Below, piece after piece: positions 42,401-50,940 of a DNA stretch of 64,000 bases. Positions within the stretch are counted from its first letter, which is position 1, and each line of letters opens with the position of its first letter. A model generated the notes under the pieces. That model searched no databases and had not been told where the DNA came from. It was given only the letters and a program-made list of their open reading frames with translations. Position numbers and translations under genes: made by a program. Origin of the DNA: a virus (lineage: Duplodnaviria > Caudoviricetes); the IMG/VR virus record IMGVR_UViG_2588253758_000006, one strand, 5' to 3'.

Positions 42401-43472
42401 AGGCGTATGGATTTGGATCGCCAAAATGAGTCAATGACCACTCCGCCTTCGCACGTTGCTCCATAACGTAGTCCCACGTATATATCTCATCCTCCTTGTA
42501 TTCGTCAATCAAATTAAAAGGCGTACCCGACAAACGTAGCACTTTAGTGGTGTCTTTTGTTAGTTCATACATTACAGCCCTACCAAGTTCAGTTTGTGTA
42601 CCTTCGTGTGCTTCATCGACAATGATGAAGTTCCACGGAGTAGCGAAAATTTCATTATTCTTATCGAAGTTGCCTCCCACCTTCTCAGACCCACGCAAAT
42701 CTTGCATTGACGCAAAATAGACATAGTGTTTATCTTCCTTTAAGGCTTGACGCTCCAATGAAGAGTGAGTATCGCCATTGTTCTTTGAACCATAAATGTA
42801 GTTAGGGGTATCATAGAATATTTTGGTAAAATCCTCAAACCAACCAGCATCAACCACTGGACGGTGTGTAAGTATCAAAGTGCGCTTAAACTGCATTTCC
42901 TTTGTAACTTGCAGAGCCGACAGAGTTTTACCAAAACGCATTTTGGCATTCCACAAGAATTGGTTGCCCTTAGTAAAATGCTTTTTAGTGAGTTTGATAG
43001 CCTCTTTCTGTTCTGGACGAAAGTCAATAGGATTTATATCTGTGGATATTTCTGTTGAATTCAACGAGCATCGACCCTCTTTGGCAGCTTTGATAGCATT
43101 CTTTACCGTTTCAACGTCTGTTAAAACCCATTCATTCGCTTTACCTTCAATCTCAAACACCTTTCTCTTGATGCCTGAACGCAATAAAACTTCTCGTACA
43201 GCTCCATCATTTAATGCACATAACCTACCACCAGCAGTGTATATAGCCAACTCGGTATACAGTAAATCATAAGCAATCCCAGCAGTCTGGGTATATTGAT
43301 TGATCCGTTTTTTAGCTGCAACATTTAGATTGTGACTCGACGGAGCAAGTCCCCATAAATCTTCATTGTCGTCGGCAGTGGCTTCGCCAACTTTCAAACA
43401 ACCTTTATGAGCCTCGTCATTAATACGAAACACATAAATTAGCTTTAGTTTAAATGATGATACAAACTTCAT
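39477..43472 (-). CDS. GIY-YIG/T5orf172-like nuclease + SF2 (ResIII) helicase + Eco57I-like N6 methylase + TRD fusion
   Basis: LIYVF...KVGE...RINQ...NEW; AKMRFGKT, DEAH, SGT, QTIFRVQ; GNPPY, IMPSRW; 1331 aa. Confidence 0.88.
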   Translation of the reverse strand: MKFVSSFKLKLIYVFRINDEAHKGCLKVGEATADDNEDLWGLAPSSHNLNVAAKKRINQYTQTAGIAYDLLYTELAIYTAGGRLCALNDGAVREVLLRSGIKRKVFEIEGKANEWVLTDVETVKNAIKAAKEGRCSLNSTEISTDINPIDFRPEQKEAIKLTKKHFTKGNQFLWNAKMRFGKTLSALQVTKEMQFKRTLILTHRPVVDAGWFEDFTKIFYDTPNYIYGSKNNGDTHSSLERQALKEDKHYVYFASMQDLRGSEKVGGNFDKNNEIFATPWNFIIVDEAHEGTQTELGRAVMYELTKDTTKVLRLSGTPFNLIDEYKEDEIYTWDYVMEQRAKAEWSLTHFGDPNPYASLPRLNIYTYDLGKLIEKFADSELAFNFREFFRTDESGNFIHRSDVLSFLNLITKSDKESNYPYSTEAYRDNFRHSLWMVPGVKEARALSAMLQQHPVFQHFTIVNVAGDGDEEASYSDALKAVEDAIGNKPEETYTITLSCGRLTTGVSVKPWTAVMMLSGSFNTSASSYMQTIFRVQTPATIGGKVKEECFVFDFAPDRTLKVIAETAKISAKAGKTSTDDRKIMGEFLNFCPIIAVDGSQMRDYDVPRMLEQLKKVYVERVVKNGFEDGYLYNDDLMKLTDVDLQEFDNLKKIIGSTKAMPKSGDIDMNNQGFADEEYEQLGQAEKDKRKGKELTDEQKELLEDKVKKRKNRDTAVSILRGISIRMPLLIYGAELKDETADITLDNFTELIDPQSWEEFMPKGVYKQTFNSFKKYYDPEIFCAAGKRIRAMAKAADSLDIEERIERITNIFSTFRNPDKETVLTPRRVVNMHMGECMGGYVFYDEKYENTLSKPRFADNGGVADEVFGSDTKILEINSKTGLYPLYVAYSVYRSRLAEQTDLFDKTESDSLEHHLKIWDKVLNENIFVLCKTPMAKSITKRTLVGFRKAKVNARYFEDLINQITNKSTAFVEKVSQGKSYWKANENNNMKFKAIVGNPPYQVMDGGAQASAKPIYDKFVDIAKKIKPSYISMIMPSRWYAGGKGLDEFRENMLNDKHISLLHDFLNPEDVFPNTNIRGGLCFFLWSEKYDNRESLTKVITHQSNMQPISIMRSLKTENAGTFIRHGIALSIMDKVNPNSNNESLANYVSAAKAFGFRTFFINDEKFRANEEGLTNPVMCYGRGGSIGYVDEAEIRSHKEWIDLWKVYVSESNNIGTELNDDNQNSFVGKPRTICTETFLVVGAELSLDEISSQNLSMYLRSKFARFLHSLAKMSQHGTSKTYRLVPLQDFTEKSDIDWSKSTTEIDKQLYAKYGLTEDEIAFIESMIKPME

Positions 43473-43484
43473 ATGCTAGTGGTT

Positions 43485-44483
43485 TTATTTTATCAAATCT
43501 ATGAAACGGTATTTTCTACCTAACTTTTTTGTAATTGGATCTTTAGCTCTCCAATCCTTTACTAAACAATAGACTCCTGTATGATATAAGAATCCATCTT
43601 CCTGACATCCTCTGCAAGGTATTTTAGTAATATCTCCAAACAGAGATGTCTCCTCTATTGTTTTACAACTATTCGGTATAACTCCTTTAAGCCCATCCAT
43701 CTGCCAAATATTCCACGATACAATATAAGCAATGAATTTCAAAGATACCGGCAATGGATCTTTACCAAACTTGTGCTTGTAATAGTCCTTAAAAGTATAT
43801 AGCAACGCTTCTCGTGCCAATAGAAGATTGTCTCCCTGATATTCAAAACCATAAATGCTTTTATAGGCTGTTTGTGCCCACTCAAGCCACTCGGTTGATG
43901 TTTCCGTATTCTCGCCAACGATACGTAGTTTGCGGTCAAGCAGACCGATACGTTGCTCTATTGGAATAGCATCACCAGTTGTAGCATCGTATCTGCTTAC
44001 TAAATATGGAGCTTCTCCGCACGAAATTTCCAAGCGATTTTCACGTACATAATCTTTCCATGATTTATCTTCTGGAAAGATTATTGTGTCTGTTACTGAT
44101 ATCCAAGAACGTTTTCCGTCCTCAGAGGTTAACTCTTTGTTAAATACATTATTGCGACCGAACCACGCTTCGTCTATAAGATTATTCTGTGCGTTACAAA
44201 TCCACGATGGAGTGAATACTTCTGCTTTATCTCTTACACGGGATAATTGTTCGGTTTTGTTTTTATCTACTCTTGGTTTAATAATATCACCATTCTTGCC
44301 TGTTATCTGAGATACAGTTATCTCATCAGCCTCTCCATATCCATCTCCCATAAAAGCATAATTATCCGTAGCCCAAATTATATTCTTTTTTGAACTATGG
44401 TCTTTAAGTAATATAGGCAAAAGCTCCTTGTCGTACTTAATTATATCATTCTCTTTTATATCAACGAGGTTTTTTGAAACCAT
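43485..44483 (-). CDS. Methyltransferase-like RM subunit lacking catalytic motif IV
   Basis: AEVFTP (X), LEISCGEAPYL (I), IYGFEYQ (II), NIWQMDGL (III); no NPPY; Cys/His cluster at the C-terminus. Confidence 0.8.
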   Translation of the reverse strand: MVSKNLVDIKENDIIKYDKELLPILLKDHSSKKNIIWATDNYAFMGDGYGEADEITVSQITGKNGDIIKPRVDKNKTEQLSRVRDKAEVFTPSWICNAQNNLIDEAWFGRNNVFNKELTSEDGKRSWISVTDTIIFPEDKSWKDYVRENRLEISCGEAPYLVSRYDATTGDAIPIEQRIGLLDRKLRIVGENTETSTEWLEWAQTAYKSIYGFEYQGDNLLLAREALLYTFKDYYKHKFGKDPLPVSLKFIAYIVSWNIWQMDGLKGVIPNSCKTIEETSLFGDITKIPCRGCQEDGFLYHTGVYCLVKDWRAKDPITKKLGRKYRFIDLIK

Positions 44484-44485
44484 AT

Positions 44486-44683
44486 CTATTTTTTCTTTTT
44501 ACTATCAATCAATTCCTTCGGATCTACTTGTAAGATTTCCGCTATCTCAAAAAGTAGTTCGAGACTTGGTTGGCGACGGTTGCAGACATAAGCATTCACG
44601 ATACTGAAACTCTTTCCGAGTTTATCCGCAAGCCATGTTTGCCTAATGCCTTTTTCATCAAGCACTTCTCTTATTCTATTCAT
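44486..44683 (-). CDS. XRE-family HTH regulator (controller-like)
   Basis: MNRIREVLDEKGIRQTWLADKLGKS...QPSLELLFEIAEIL; 2 nt upstream of the RM genes. Confidence 0.88.
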   Translation of the reverse strand: MNRIREVLDEKGIRQTWLADKLGKSFSIVNAYVCNRRQPSLELLFEIAEILQVDPKELIDSKKKK

Positions 44684-44809
44684 CGCATAAATCTTTTGCA
44701 TAACATCTATTTGACCATAAAGGTATGAAATATTATGATGCATCCATATAAAATGGAGAGAAAATATTTTGTATTTCCCTCTCCATCATTATTTTTCGAT
44801 GATTGAATG

Positions 44810-45382
44810 CTATTTTTTCTTGATTTTTTCAGCCTCGTGGTTTAGCTTTTCAGCTTCTTGTTGGCGGAGTCGGGCTTGCTCATCGAGGGTGGCTTTCTGT
44901 TGTACGGCTCGTTCGTAATTCTCTACATCTTTACTCATCTGTCGGATTTTGGCATTATCCCGGTTAATTTCGAAGAGGTCTTCTAATTCTGAGATGCGCT
45001 GTGGCGTGGCTTCGCCTTTCATTTTGATGTATCGGTATTTTAGGTCGTTGTCGATTCGGTCGTAGTTTGGACGTGTGGCGAGGTAGAGCCACGCACTTAG
45101 TCCGGTAATAATGATAATCATTCCGATGAAAATAAAAACAGCCTCTTTCGACACGATGTCAATTGTGATGCGTCGTTCTCGGATTACTGGTTTGCGAGCC
45201 TCCTCGATTGCTTCTTTTAGCTGTGTTGTATTGTCGGCTGTCTGGTCGATGCTGCTTTGCATCATCACGGTGAGGGTCTCTACTTTTGAGAGGTCGGATT
45301 GTGGGGACTTACTGTTCTGCTTGACCAATTTGGTCAGTTCTTCAATCATAAAGATGATTACATCTTCTTTGTCTGTTGCCAT
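44810..45382 (-). CDS. Mobilization-region membrane/coiled-coil protein
   Basis: One TM segment followed by DNDLKYRYIKMKG; lies after the relaxase. Confidence 0.75.
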   Translation of the reverse strand: MATDKEDVIIFMIEELTKLVKQNSKSPQSDLSKVETLTVMMQSSIDQTADNTTQLKEAIEEARKPVIRERRITIDIVSKEAVFIFIGMIIIITGLSAWLYLATRPNYDRIDNDLKYRYIKMKGEATPQRISELEDLFEINRDNAKIRQMSKDVENYERAVQQKATLDEQARLRQQEAEKLNHEAEKIKKK

Positions 45383-45403
45383 ATTTTTTTAGTTTTTAAA
45401 TGG

Positions 45404-46318
45404 TTAAAATCTGATTCCTTTTTTCTTTTTTCGTTGCATACGCTTGCGGAATGCCTCCTCTTCGGGGTCTGTGCCGTTGGGGAGTATCGGCATATCGAAG
45501 AGTGAGCCGATAGAGTCGCCAACGGTGCTGCTTTCGTGGTGTTCGGGGCGGTGCTGCGGTTGTTGCACAGGTGGCAAGACCTGTTGCTCCGCTCGGTTGT
45601 TCTGCCGTAAGGCGTAGTCGATTTTGGAGTAGCTGAACTGGCGATCTACCTTTGAGCCATTGAACGAGAGGTTGTTCATCGTAAACCTTACCCCCTCAAT
45701 TTGGTCGGTTGAGCCTTTGGTTTTGAAGCCCAACTCTATCCCCTCTGTTCTGAGCCTGCTGCGGAGCTCTTGCCACGATTTCGATTGAGGGACGTGTTTG
45801 CAAAGAGCATCATAAATTTGGTACTTCGTTGCATCGGGTTCTCGGAGCTGCTCTCGCTTGACGTTCTCTTTTCCACTTGAAACATACAAGCCGTGTTTGA
45901 TTGTTAGCTCTTTGCAGAGTGCCGTGCTGCGGAACCGTTCGTTTTGGTCGGAGATGCGTTTGCCGTTAAAGTCGATGCGGTTCATTATTAGGTGGATGTG
46001 CGGATGGTCTCGGTCGGTGTGGCGGACGATTAAGACCTGCGTATTGCCGTAGCCCATCTTTTTCATATACTCATCTGCTATCTCAATCATCTTCGCATTG
46101 GTCAGTTTTTCTCTATCCTGTGCCGAAAAATCGAGAGAGATATGGGCGACAGGCTTAGCAATTTGCACCAGTCGAGCCTGTGTTTCGAAGCTGCGGATTA
46201 TGGACTCTTTGTCGATATTCCGCACTCCTTTTGTGGCGATTATATCGGCTTCTTTGCGATTCAAAACGTAGTTTACAGCATTGCCAAAACTATTTCCTTG
46301 TATGATTTTTGCTATCAT
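45404..46318 (-). CDS. MOBP-type relaxase
   Basis: MIAKI...VNY, HISLDF and HTDRDHPHIHL (HUH) motifs. Confidence 0.92.
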   Translation of the reverse strand: MIAKIIQGNSFGNAVNYVLNRKEADIIATKGVRNIDKESIIRSFETQARLVQIAKPVAHISLDFSAQDREKLTNAKMIEIADEYMKKMGYGNTQVLIVRHTDRDHPHIHLIMNRIDFNGKRISDQNERFRSTALCKELTIKHGLYVSSGKENVKREQLREPDATKYQIYDALCKHVPQSKSWQELRSRLRTEGIELGFKTKGSTDQIEGVRFTMNNLSFNGSKVDRQFSYSKIDYALRQNNRAEQQVLPPVQQPQHRPEHHESSTVGDSIGSLFDMPILPNGTDPEEEAFRKRMQRKKKKGIRF

Positions 46319-46351
46319 TTTTTATTGAATTATTTAATCTGTCGTGTGCGG

Positions 46352-46714
46352 TCACGCACCATTTTCGATGGATTTTATTACGTTATCAATCTCTTTGGCG
46401 AGTGTTTCGGACTCGGTTTTCGCTGCGAAATACCCTGCTTGATTGGCTCGTTTGGCAATCTGATTTAGGTTGTTTGCCATACCTGTGAGCTTGGTTATCA
46501 GTTGCAGGTGGGTGGTGGTAAGCCGCTCTTTGACGGTGGAGTTTCGCAAGGCACTGCGGATGTATTCGCTTATGGTCAGTCCTGCTGTACTCGCATTTCT
46601 TAGCAATGCTTTGTACTCAATCAGCCCCAATTTTATGGAGGCTCGATACTGCCATCGGTCAATCGCCTCTTTCTTAGGGCGACCGTTCTCATTTCTATTT
46701 TTTATCGTTTTCAT
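46352..46714 (-). CDS. MobC/MobA ribbon-helix-helix relaxosome accessory protein
   Basis: GRPKK, AGLTISEYIR and GMANNLNQIAKRAN motifs. Confidence 0.9.
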   Translation of the reverse strand: MKTIKNRNENGRPKKEAIDRWQYRASIKLGLIEYKALLRNASTAGLTISEYIRSALRNSTVKERLTTTHLQLITKLTGMANNLNQIAKRANQAGYFAAKTESETLAKEIDNVIKSIENGA

Positions 46715-46729
46715 TATCTTGTTTTTTAG

Positions 46730-46795
46730 TCAGACCATCGGGATTCACTGTTTCTGTCTGACAGAAACACAAACTTGCTTAGTAAACTCCCATAA
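46730..46795. other. Putative oriT
   Basis: GTTTCTGTC-T-GACAGAAAC inverted repeat followed by nic-like AAACTTGC, upstream of the mob genes. Confidence 0.6.
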
Positions 46796-46807
46796 ATTAC
46801 AGTTACC

Positions 46808-47089
46808 CTACTCATCATCATTGTTTTCTGATTTAGAACCTCCGGTAAATTCGATGTACTGCTCTTCTCTTATCTCCTCCAGCAGCGGTCTGTAAGTCTC
46901 GATATGGTGGCGCAGGATGGTGTCGATTAGAGATGCCGTTGTCACGTGTTGGTCTCGGAATAGGTGGGAGATAATCTTCATCTTCGCGTGGGTCTCGGCA
47001 CTCACATAAAGCACTTGACGGTCACGGATTCTGATGTCTCGGCAAAAAGTCTCGATATATTTCTCTCGTGAAATCTGTTTTGTTTTCAT
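46808..47089 (-). CDS. DUF3408-like protein
   Basis: RQVLYVSAETHAKM...SLIDTILRHHIETY pattern. Confidence 0.75.
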   Translation of the reverse strand: MKTKQISREKYIETFCRDIRIRDRQVLYVSAETHAKMKIISHLFRDQHVTTASLIDTILRHHIETYRPLLEEIREEQYIEFTGGSKSENNDDE

Positions 47090-47092
47090 AAC

Positions 47093-48013
47093 TTATATAT
47101 TTCTTGATTTCGATGTTGGTCTATTGTTTGATTTATGGATTGGTGTCCGCATAGATTCCTTTATTGGCTCCAGTGCTGATTTCAGTCTGTGTGCCACTAT
47201 GTATTCGTTCAGGTCTTTGTGGTTTCTGTAAAATGGCGATTGGTCGATGGTCTCACGTCCCAACCTTTCAACGGCTGCGAATGCTCGCCTGCCTGATTCG
47301 TCATTATCCAAAAAGCAGTGGATTGTCTGGTGCTGTTTCAAAAACTCTTCGGCTCGGTGGAGGTTGTGGACGGAGTTCAGCACTGCCATATCCACAGTTG
47401 GGCGAATGGCGTTTTTCAAGGTGAGGTAGGAGAGCATATCCATAAATCCCTCGATGAGCAGACAAGTGGGCGAGCTGCTGCCGATGGTAGTCGGAGATTT
47501 GGGTGACGTACTGCCTTTGAAGTACTCGTTGCGAAGTTCCCAACCTCCGGCATCGCTCTGAAATCCGATGGCAAAGAATGGTTTGCCGTTTGTGGTGTAG
47601 TGAACCTCACGGCAATACTCTCGTGCGATGTCGAGGTTTATGGAGCGTTTCGACTGGAGATAGTTTATCAGGTGGTGATTCTGTAATGGTTTTACGGACA
47701 CGATTTGCATAGTTGACTGTACTGGCTCTGTTGATTCACTACGATGAAATGAAAAGTTGCTGCCGTTTTCGAGTTTGGCAATAGCTTCATTAATGGTGCA
47801 GCCGTCGAGCTTCATCACAAGGTCGATTATAGAACCACCCTCGCCCGAACCGAAATCGTACCACAGGTTTTTATTGTAGTCCACTTTGAAACTCGGAGCA
47901 GTTTCGCTGCGGAATGGCGACACGTACATTCCATAACCTGTTCGTTCTTGTTTTGGCAAAACTCCCTGCTCGGCAAGGAAGTTTTTGATATTTATATCTT
48001 TTACGTTGTACAT
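47093..48013 (-). CDS. DNA primase-like protein (zf-CHC2-like + Toprim; PrmN-like)
   Basis: SPFRSETAPSFKV, WYDFGSGEGG, IEGFMD, LDNDESG and KDLNE motifs. Confidence 0.88.
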   Translation of the reverse strand: MYNVKDINIKNFLAEQGVLPKQERTGYGMYVSPFRSETAPSFKVDYNKNLWYDFGSGEGGSIIDLVMKLDGCTINEAIAKLENGSNFSFHRSESTEPVQSTMQIVSVKPLQNHHLINYLQSKRSINLDIAREYCREVHYTTNGKPFFAIGFQSDAGGWELRNEYFKGSTSPKSPTTIGSSSPTCLLIEGFMDMLSYLTLKNAIRPTVDMAVLNSVHNLHRAEEFLKQHQTIHCFLDNDESGRRAFAAVERLGRETIDQSPFYRNHKDLNEYIVAHRLKSALEPIKESMRTPIHKSNNRPTSKSRNI

Positions 48014-48024
48014 AAGCTGTTTTT

Positions 48025-48170
48025 TTTGTGAGAATGTGAGAAAATCCCATCAATCTCCTGTGAAATAAAAAGTTAAGTAGCTCACAAACTTCTAACACAA
48101 TTTCAAAGTGTGAGAATACACCGTTTGTAAATGTGAGAAAGTGAGTAGAGTGTGAGTTTTTTGTGAAATT
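48025..48170. repeat. TGTGAGAA iteron-like repeats between helicase and primase
   Basis: Exact copies near 48027, 48035, 48109 and 48132 plus degenerate copies. Confidence 0.7.
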
Positions 48171-48209
48171 AGATATATAATAGATAATCAAAGTATTATA
48201 TATCACAAT

Positions 48210-49403
48210 CTAACAAACTAACAGAATTGCATTCAACCGCTCTTTGGTGATGGTGTAGTACCGTCCAGTGGCGGTCTTTCGCTCGGTACTGCCGTCGTTG
48301 CGTAGAGCGTAAGTCGAATAGTATTGCGATGCTGGCGATGGCTGCAACTCCCAATTGTGTTGCAAAATTCTCCGTAGGTGGGGATGCTCTACCCGAATAC
48401 CTCTCACCTCCAACATACCCACCATATCCACCACACAAAACATCAGTTCCGTGAGCTGCTCGACCTCCATTATCTCGGCAAGGATTTGGAGCATCTCGTT
48501 TTCTGCCTTATTGCGGTTGTGGTTTATCATCTTACGCAAAGCATTGGTAATTAATAGGTCGTGCCGAAACCACATTCGGGACTCTTTGGTAGTGGTGAGC
48601 CGACGATGCAACAAGTGCCACAGCAATGCAGGTAGCTCCTTTTTCATTTCACTGAGAAGGTTGGGGTTATCAGTGGCAAGGGTTGGAATTTTCCGCACCC
48701 AGTAGCGTGTCTCGCCCTGCTCGATGTAGATGGGGTTCAGTTCGTTGTTGGAGTTCAGAACGAATTTTGCGAAAAACTCTACCTCATTGCGGTCTTTGCC
48801 TTTGGCTTCAGATTTATAACTGCGTGCGGTTGAGAGGTTTTTAATTCGCTCGGAGTCCTCTTTTCTGTCGAGAAGCACTTCATCAACGGCAACTATCAAT
48901 TTTGTCGCCCAATCAGAATTGAACTGACTGCGAAAATCCTCGTTGGTATTGAAGGTCATATTTGCCCCAAAAATCGCTTTGAGCAGATTTAGGAATGTGG
49001 TCTTACCTGTATTTTTCTCTTTAGATACCAATAAGATAATCGGCAGACGTTGGAGCGGTTGCGTATAGAGCAACTGCAAGTAATCAAGCCCCATTTCGTA
49101 CTGCTCCCCAAAAATATGGCGTAAAAACGCCTCTATTTTCAGAAGCTGACCTTGCTGCGGTTCAATCTCCACAGGCTCGTAATCATTGAGGAATGTGCCG
49201 ATGGTGCGTTGGTAGTTGGTGTGGCTCGGAACGCAACAAAAGCCGTCGTACTTCTCAATCAATGGTTTAATATCTGCTGAGTGGTCTCTCCTGAAAGTTT
49301 CATAATTCCATACCACTCGCATTTCGATAAAATCACCACTCAATAGCGGTTTGCGGACAATCTTATACAAGGTTGTAGCCACTCGGATATATCTATCTTC
49401 CAT
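48210..49403 (-). CDS. P-loop helicase/ATPase (DUF5906 / D5-like)
   Basis: KEKNTGKT, AVDE, RIKNL and LNSNN...TRYW motifs. Confidence 0.85.
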   Translation of the reverse strand: MEDRYIRVATTLYKIVRKPLLSGDFIEMRVVWNYETFRRDHSADIKPLIEKYDGFCCVPSHTNYQRTIGTFLNDYEPVEIEPQQGQLLKIEAFLRHIFGEQYEMGLDYLQLLYTQPLQRLPIILLVSKEKNTGKTTFLNLLKAIFGANMTFNTNEDFRSQFNSDWATKLIVAVDEVLLDRKEDSERIKNLSTARSYKSEAKGKDRNEVEFFAKFVLNSNNELNPIYIEQGETRYWVRKIPTLATDNPNLLSEMKKELPALLWHLLHRRLTTTKESRMWFRHDLLITNALRKMINHNRNKAENEMLQILAEIMEVEQLTELMFCVVDMVGMLEVRGIRVEHPHLRRILQHNWELQPSPASQYYSTYALRNDGSTERKTATGRYYTITKERLNAILLVC

Positions 49404-49405
49404 GT

Positions 49406-49711
49406 CTATCGTCCTCCTGTTTTACGCCCTGCAAGCTCCATAGCAAGTTCGGCATCTACGATAATTTTTCGCCCTATTTGCGTGATTGCTTGGTCGATTT
49501 TTCCGCTCTTCTTGATTCGGTGGGCGGTCGGCATACTGCACCCGAATAGCCGGGCGATACCTACTATTCCATAGACGTGTTTTTTAGTGGTGCTATCTAT
49601 TGCAGGCGTGAGAGCGGTGGCGGTTGTTGCTCCGGTATTTTGTTGCAGGTATAGAAACTCTTCACCTGTCATTTGCCAAATCGGCTTCTCTTTTAAATGA
49701 TCAATATTCAT
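49406..49711 (-). CDS. DUF3853 excisionase-like protein
   Basis: KPIWQMTGEEF...VYGIVGIARLFGCSMPTAHRIKKSG motif. Confidence 0.88.
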   Translation of the reverse strand: MNIDHLKEKPIWQMTGEEFLYLQQNTGATTATALTPAIDSTTKKHVYGIVGIARLFGCSMPTAHRIKKSGKIDQAITQIGRKIIVDAELAMELAGRKTGGR

Positions 49712-49916
49712 TTTACAGTGTTATTTGAATGAAACAATAGCCTTGTACTCGGGCTGTTAACTTGTTCGAACACTGCAAAGGTAGAGGGTGATATAAGTGG
49801 TGTGGATGTGGTATGAAATAAAACAGTCGCCTGAATATCAGACGACTGCAAAATTATTTTAAGTGGTAAAAGTGGTGGACAGGTGGTGAAATGATACTCT
49901 TTGAGGTTTTATGAGT

Positions 49917-50933
49917 CTATTGTCCCAAAATAGACTTCAACTCCTTGGCGAACTGCACAGATTTTTGGCTCGGAATATCAGATACAGGCTCACGATATTT
50001 TGAGCCGTAGTAGCTCTCGGATATTTCCAATTTGCGAAGCATATCGCCACGCCATACGGCTTTGTCTGCTCCTTTAATCTTCTCGCTGAGACAGTGAATC
50101 AGATAACACATCCGTGTTTTCTCGCCAGACTTGATTTTCAGCACAGCCGCTGTGACTTGATTGTTAAGAGTAGCATACAAATCAAGTTCTGAAATCGCTT
50201 CAAACTGCTGGTCGTTACATAGCTTATGAATAGCCGAAACAAGCCCCATATCGAAATACGCTGCCGACGGAGCAGTTGGTGCAACTGGTGCAACGGTTGG
50301 CGTAACTGTTTTTATTTCAGTGGGCAGATATTTTTCGACAATCTCTTGGAAGGTCTCCAACAAATCGCACAGGCTGGGGAAAGGATTAAAATGGTATCTT
50401 TTGGCAATCGCATCGCACTCTTTATGCTTTTGATATATTTCATAAAGTTGTTCGGTGATGGCTTGATGTTGTGCGAGTGCTGATTCGTACTTATTCCAAG
50501 CATCATCATCGCTCAAGCCTTCGGGACGATCTACATCTTGATTTACCATTGCTGCATACTCACAAAACTCAGCCCCACAACTATTTAGCTTCGGGATAAG
50601 TTCTTCTATCTCACTGTGATGGTTCATCTCGATATTATTGCTAATACATTCGGGCTCAGCTTCATCAAATACAGCATCACTTTCGTAATATATTTCCAGA
50701 ATTTTATCGAGTTCGCCTTTGAGACTCGACAATACTATCGCCAATGTCTGCTTGTCCTTTTCAAAAAGCATATCTAGCATCATCTTCTCGAACTGCCCCA
50801 CATCACGGTGCGTATAATAGAAATCCACAGCCTTGCGGAAGGCGTCGAAATCCATCTCATCAAGCTCAATGAAATCGGTGTATATTGTTCGTAGCTGCTG
50901 AAGCTGCGGTAAAAATTCTGTGATTTGGCTCAT
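49917..50933 (-). CDS. Hypothetical protein of the NBU-like backbone
   Basis: 338-aa ORF between the AlbA gene and the excisionase. Confidence 0.75.
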   Translation of the reverse strand: MSQITEFLPQLQQLRTIYTDFIELDEMDFDAFRKAVDFYYTHRDVGQFEKMMLDMLFEKDKQTLAIVLSSLKGELDKILEIYYESDAVFDEAEPECISNNIEMNHHSEIEELIPKLNSCGAEFCEYAAMVNQDVDRPEGLSDDDAWNKYESALAQHQAITEQLYEIYQKHKECDAIAKRYHFNPFPSLCDLLETFQEIVEKYLPTEIKTVTPTVAPVAPTAPSAAYFDMGLVSAIHKLCNDQQFEAISELDLYATLNNQVTAAVLKIKSGEKTRMCYLIHCLSEKIKGADKAVWRGDMLRKLEISESYYGSKYREPVSDIPSQKSVQFAKELKSILGQ

Positions 50934-50940
50934 AGTTCAG

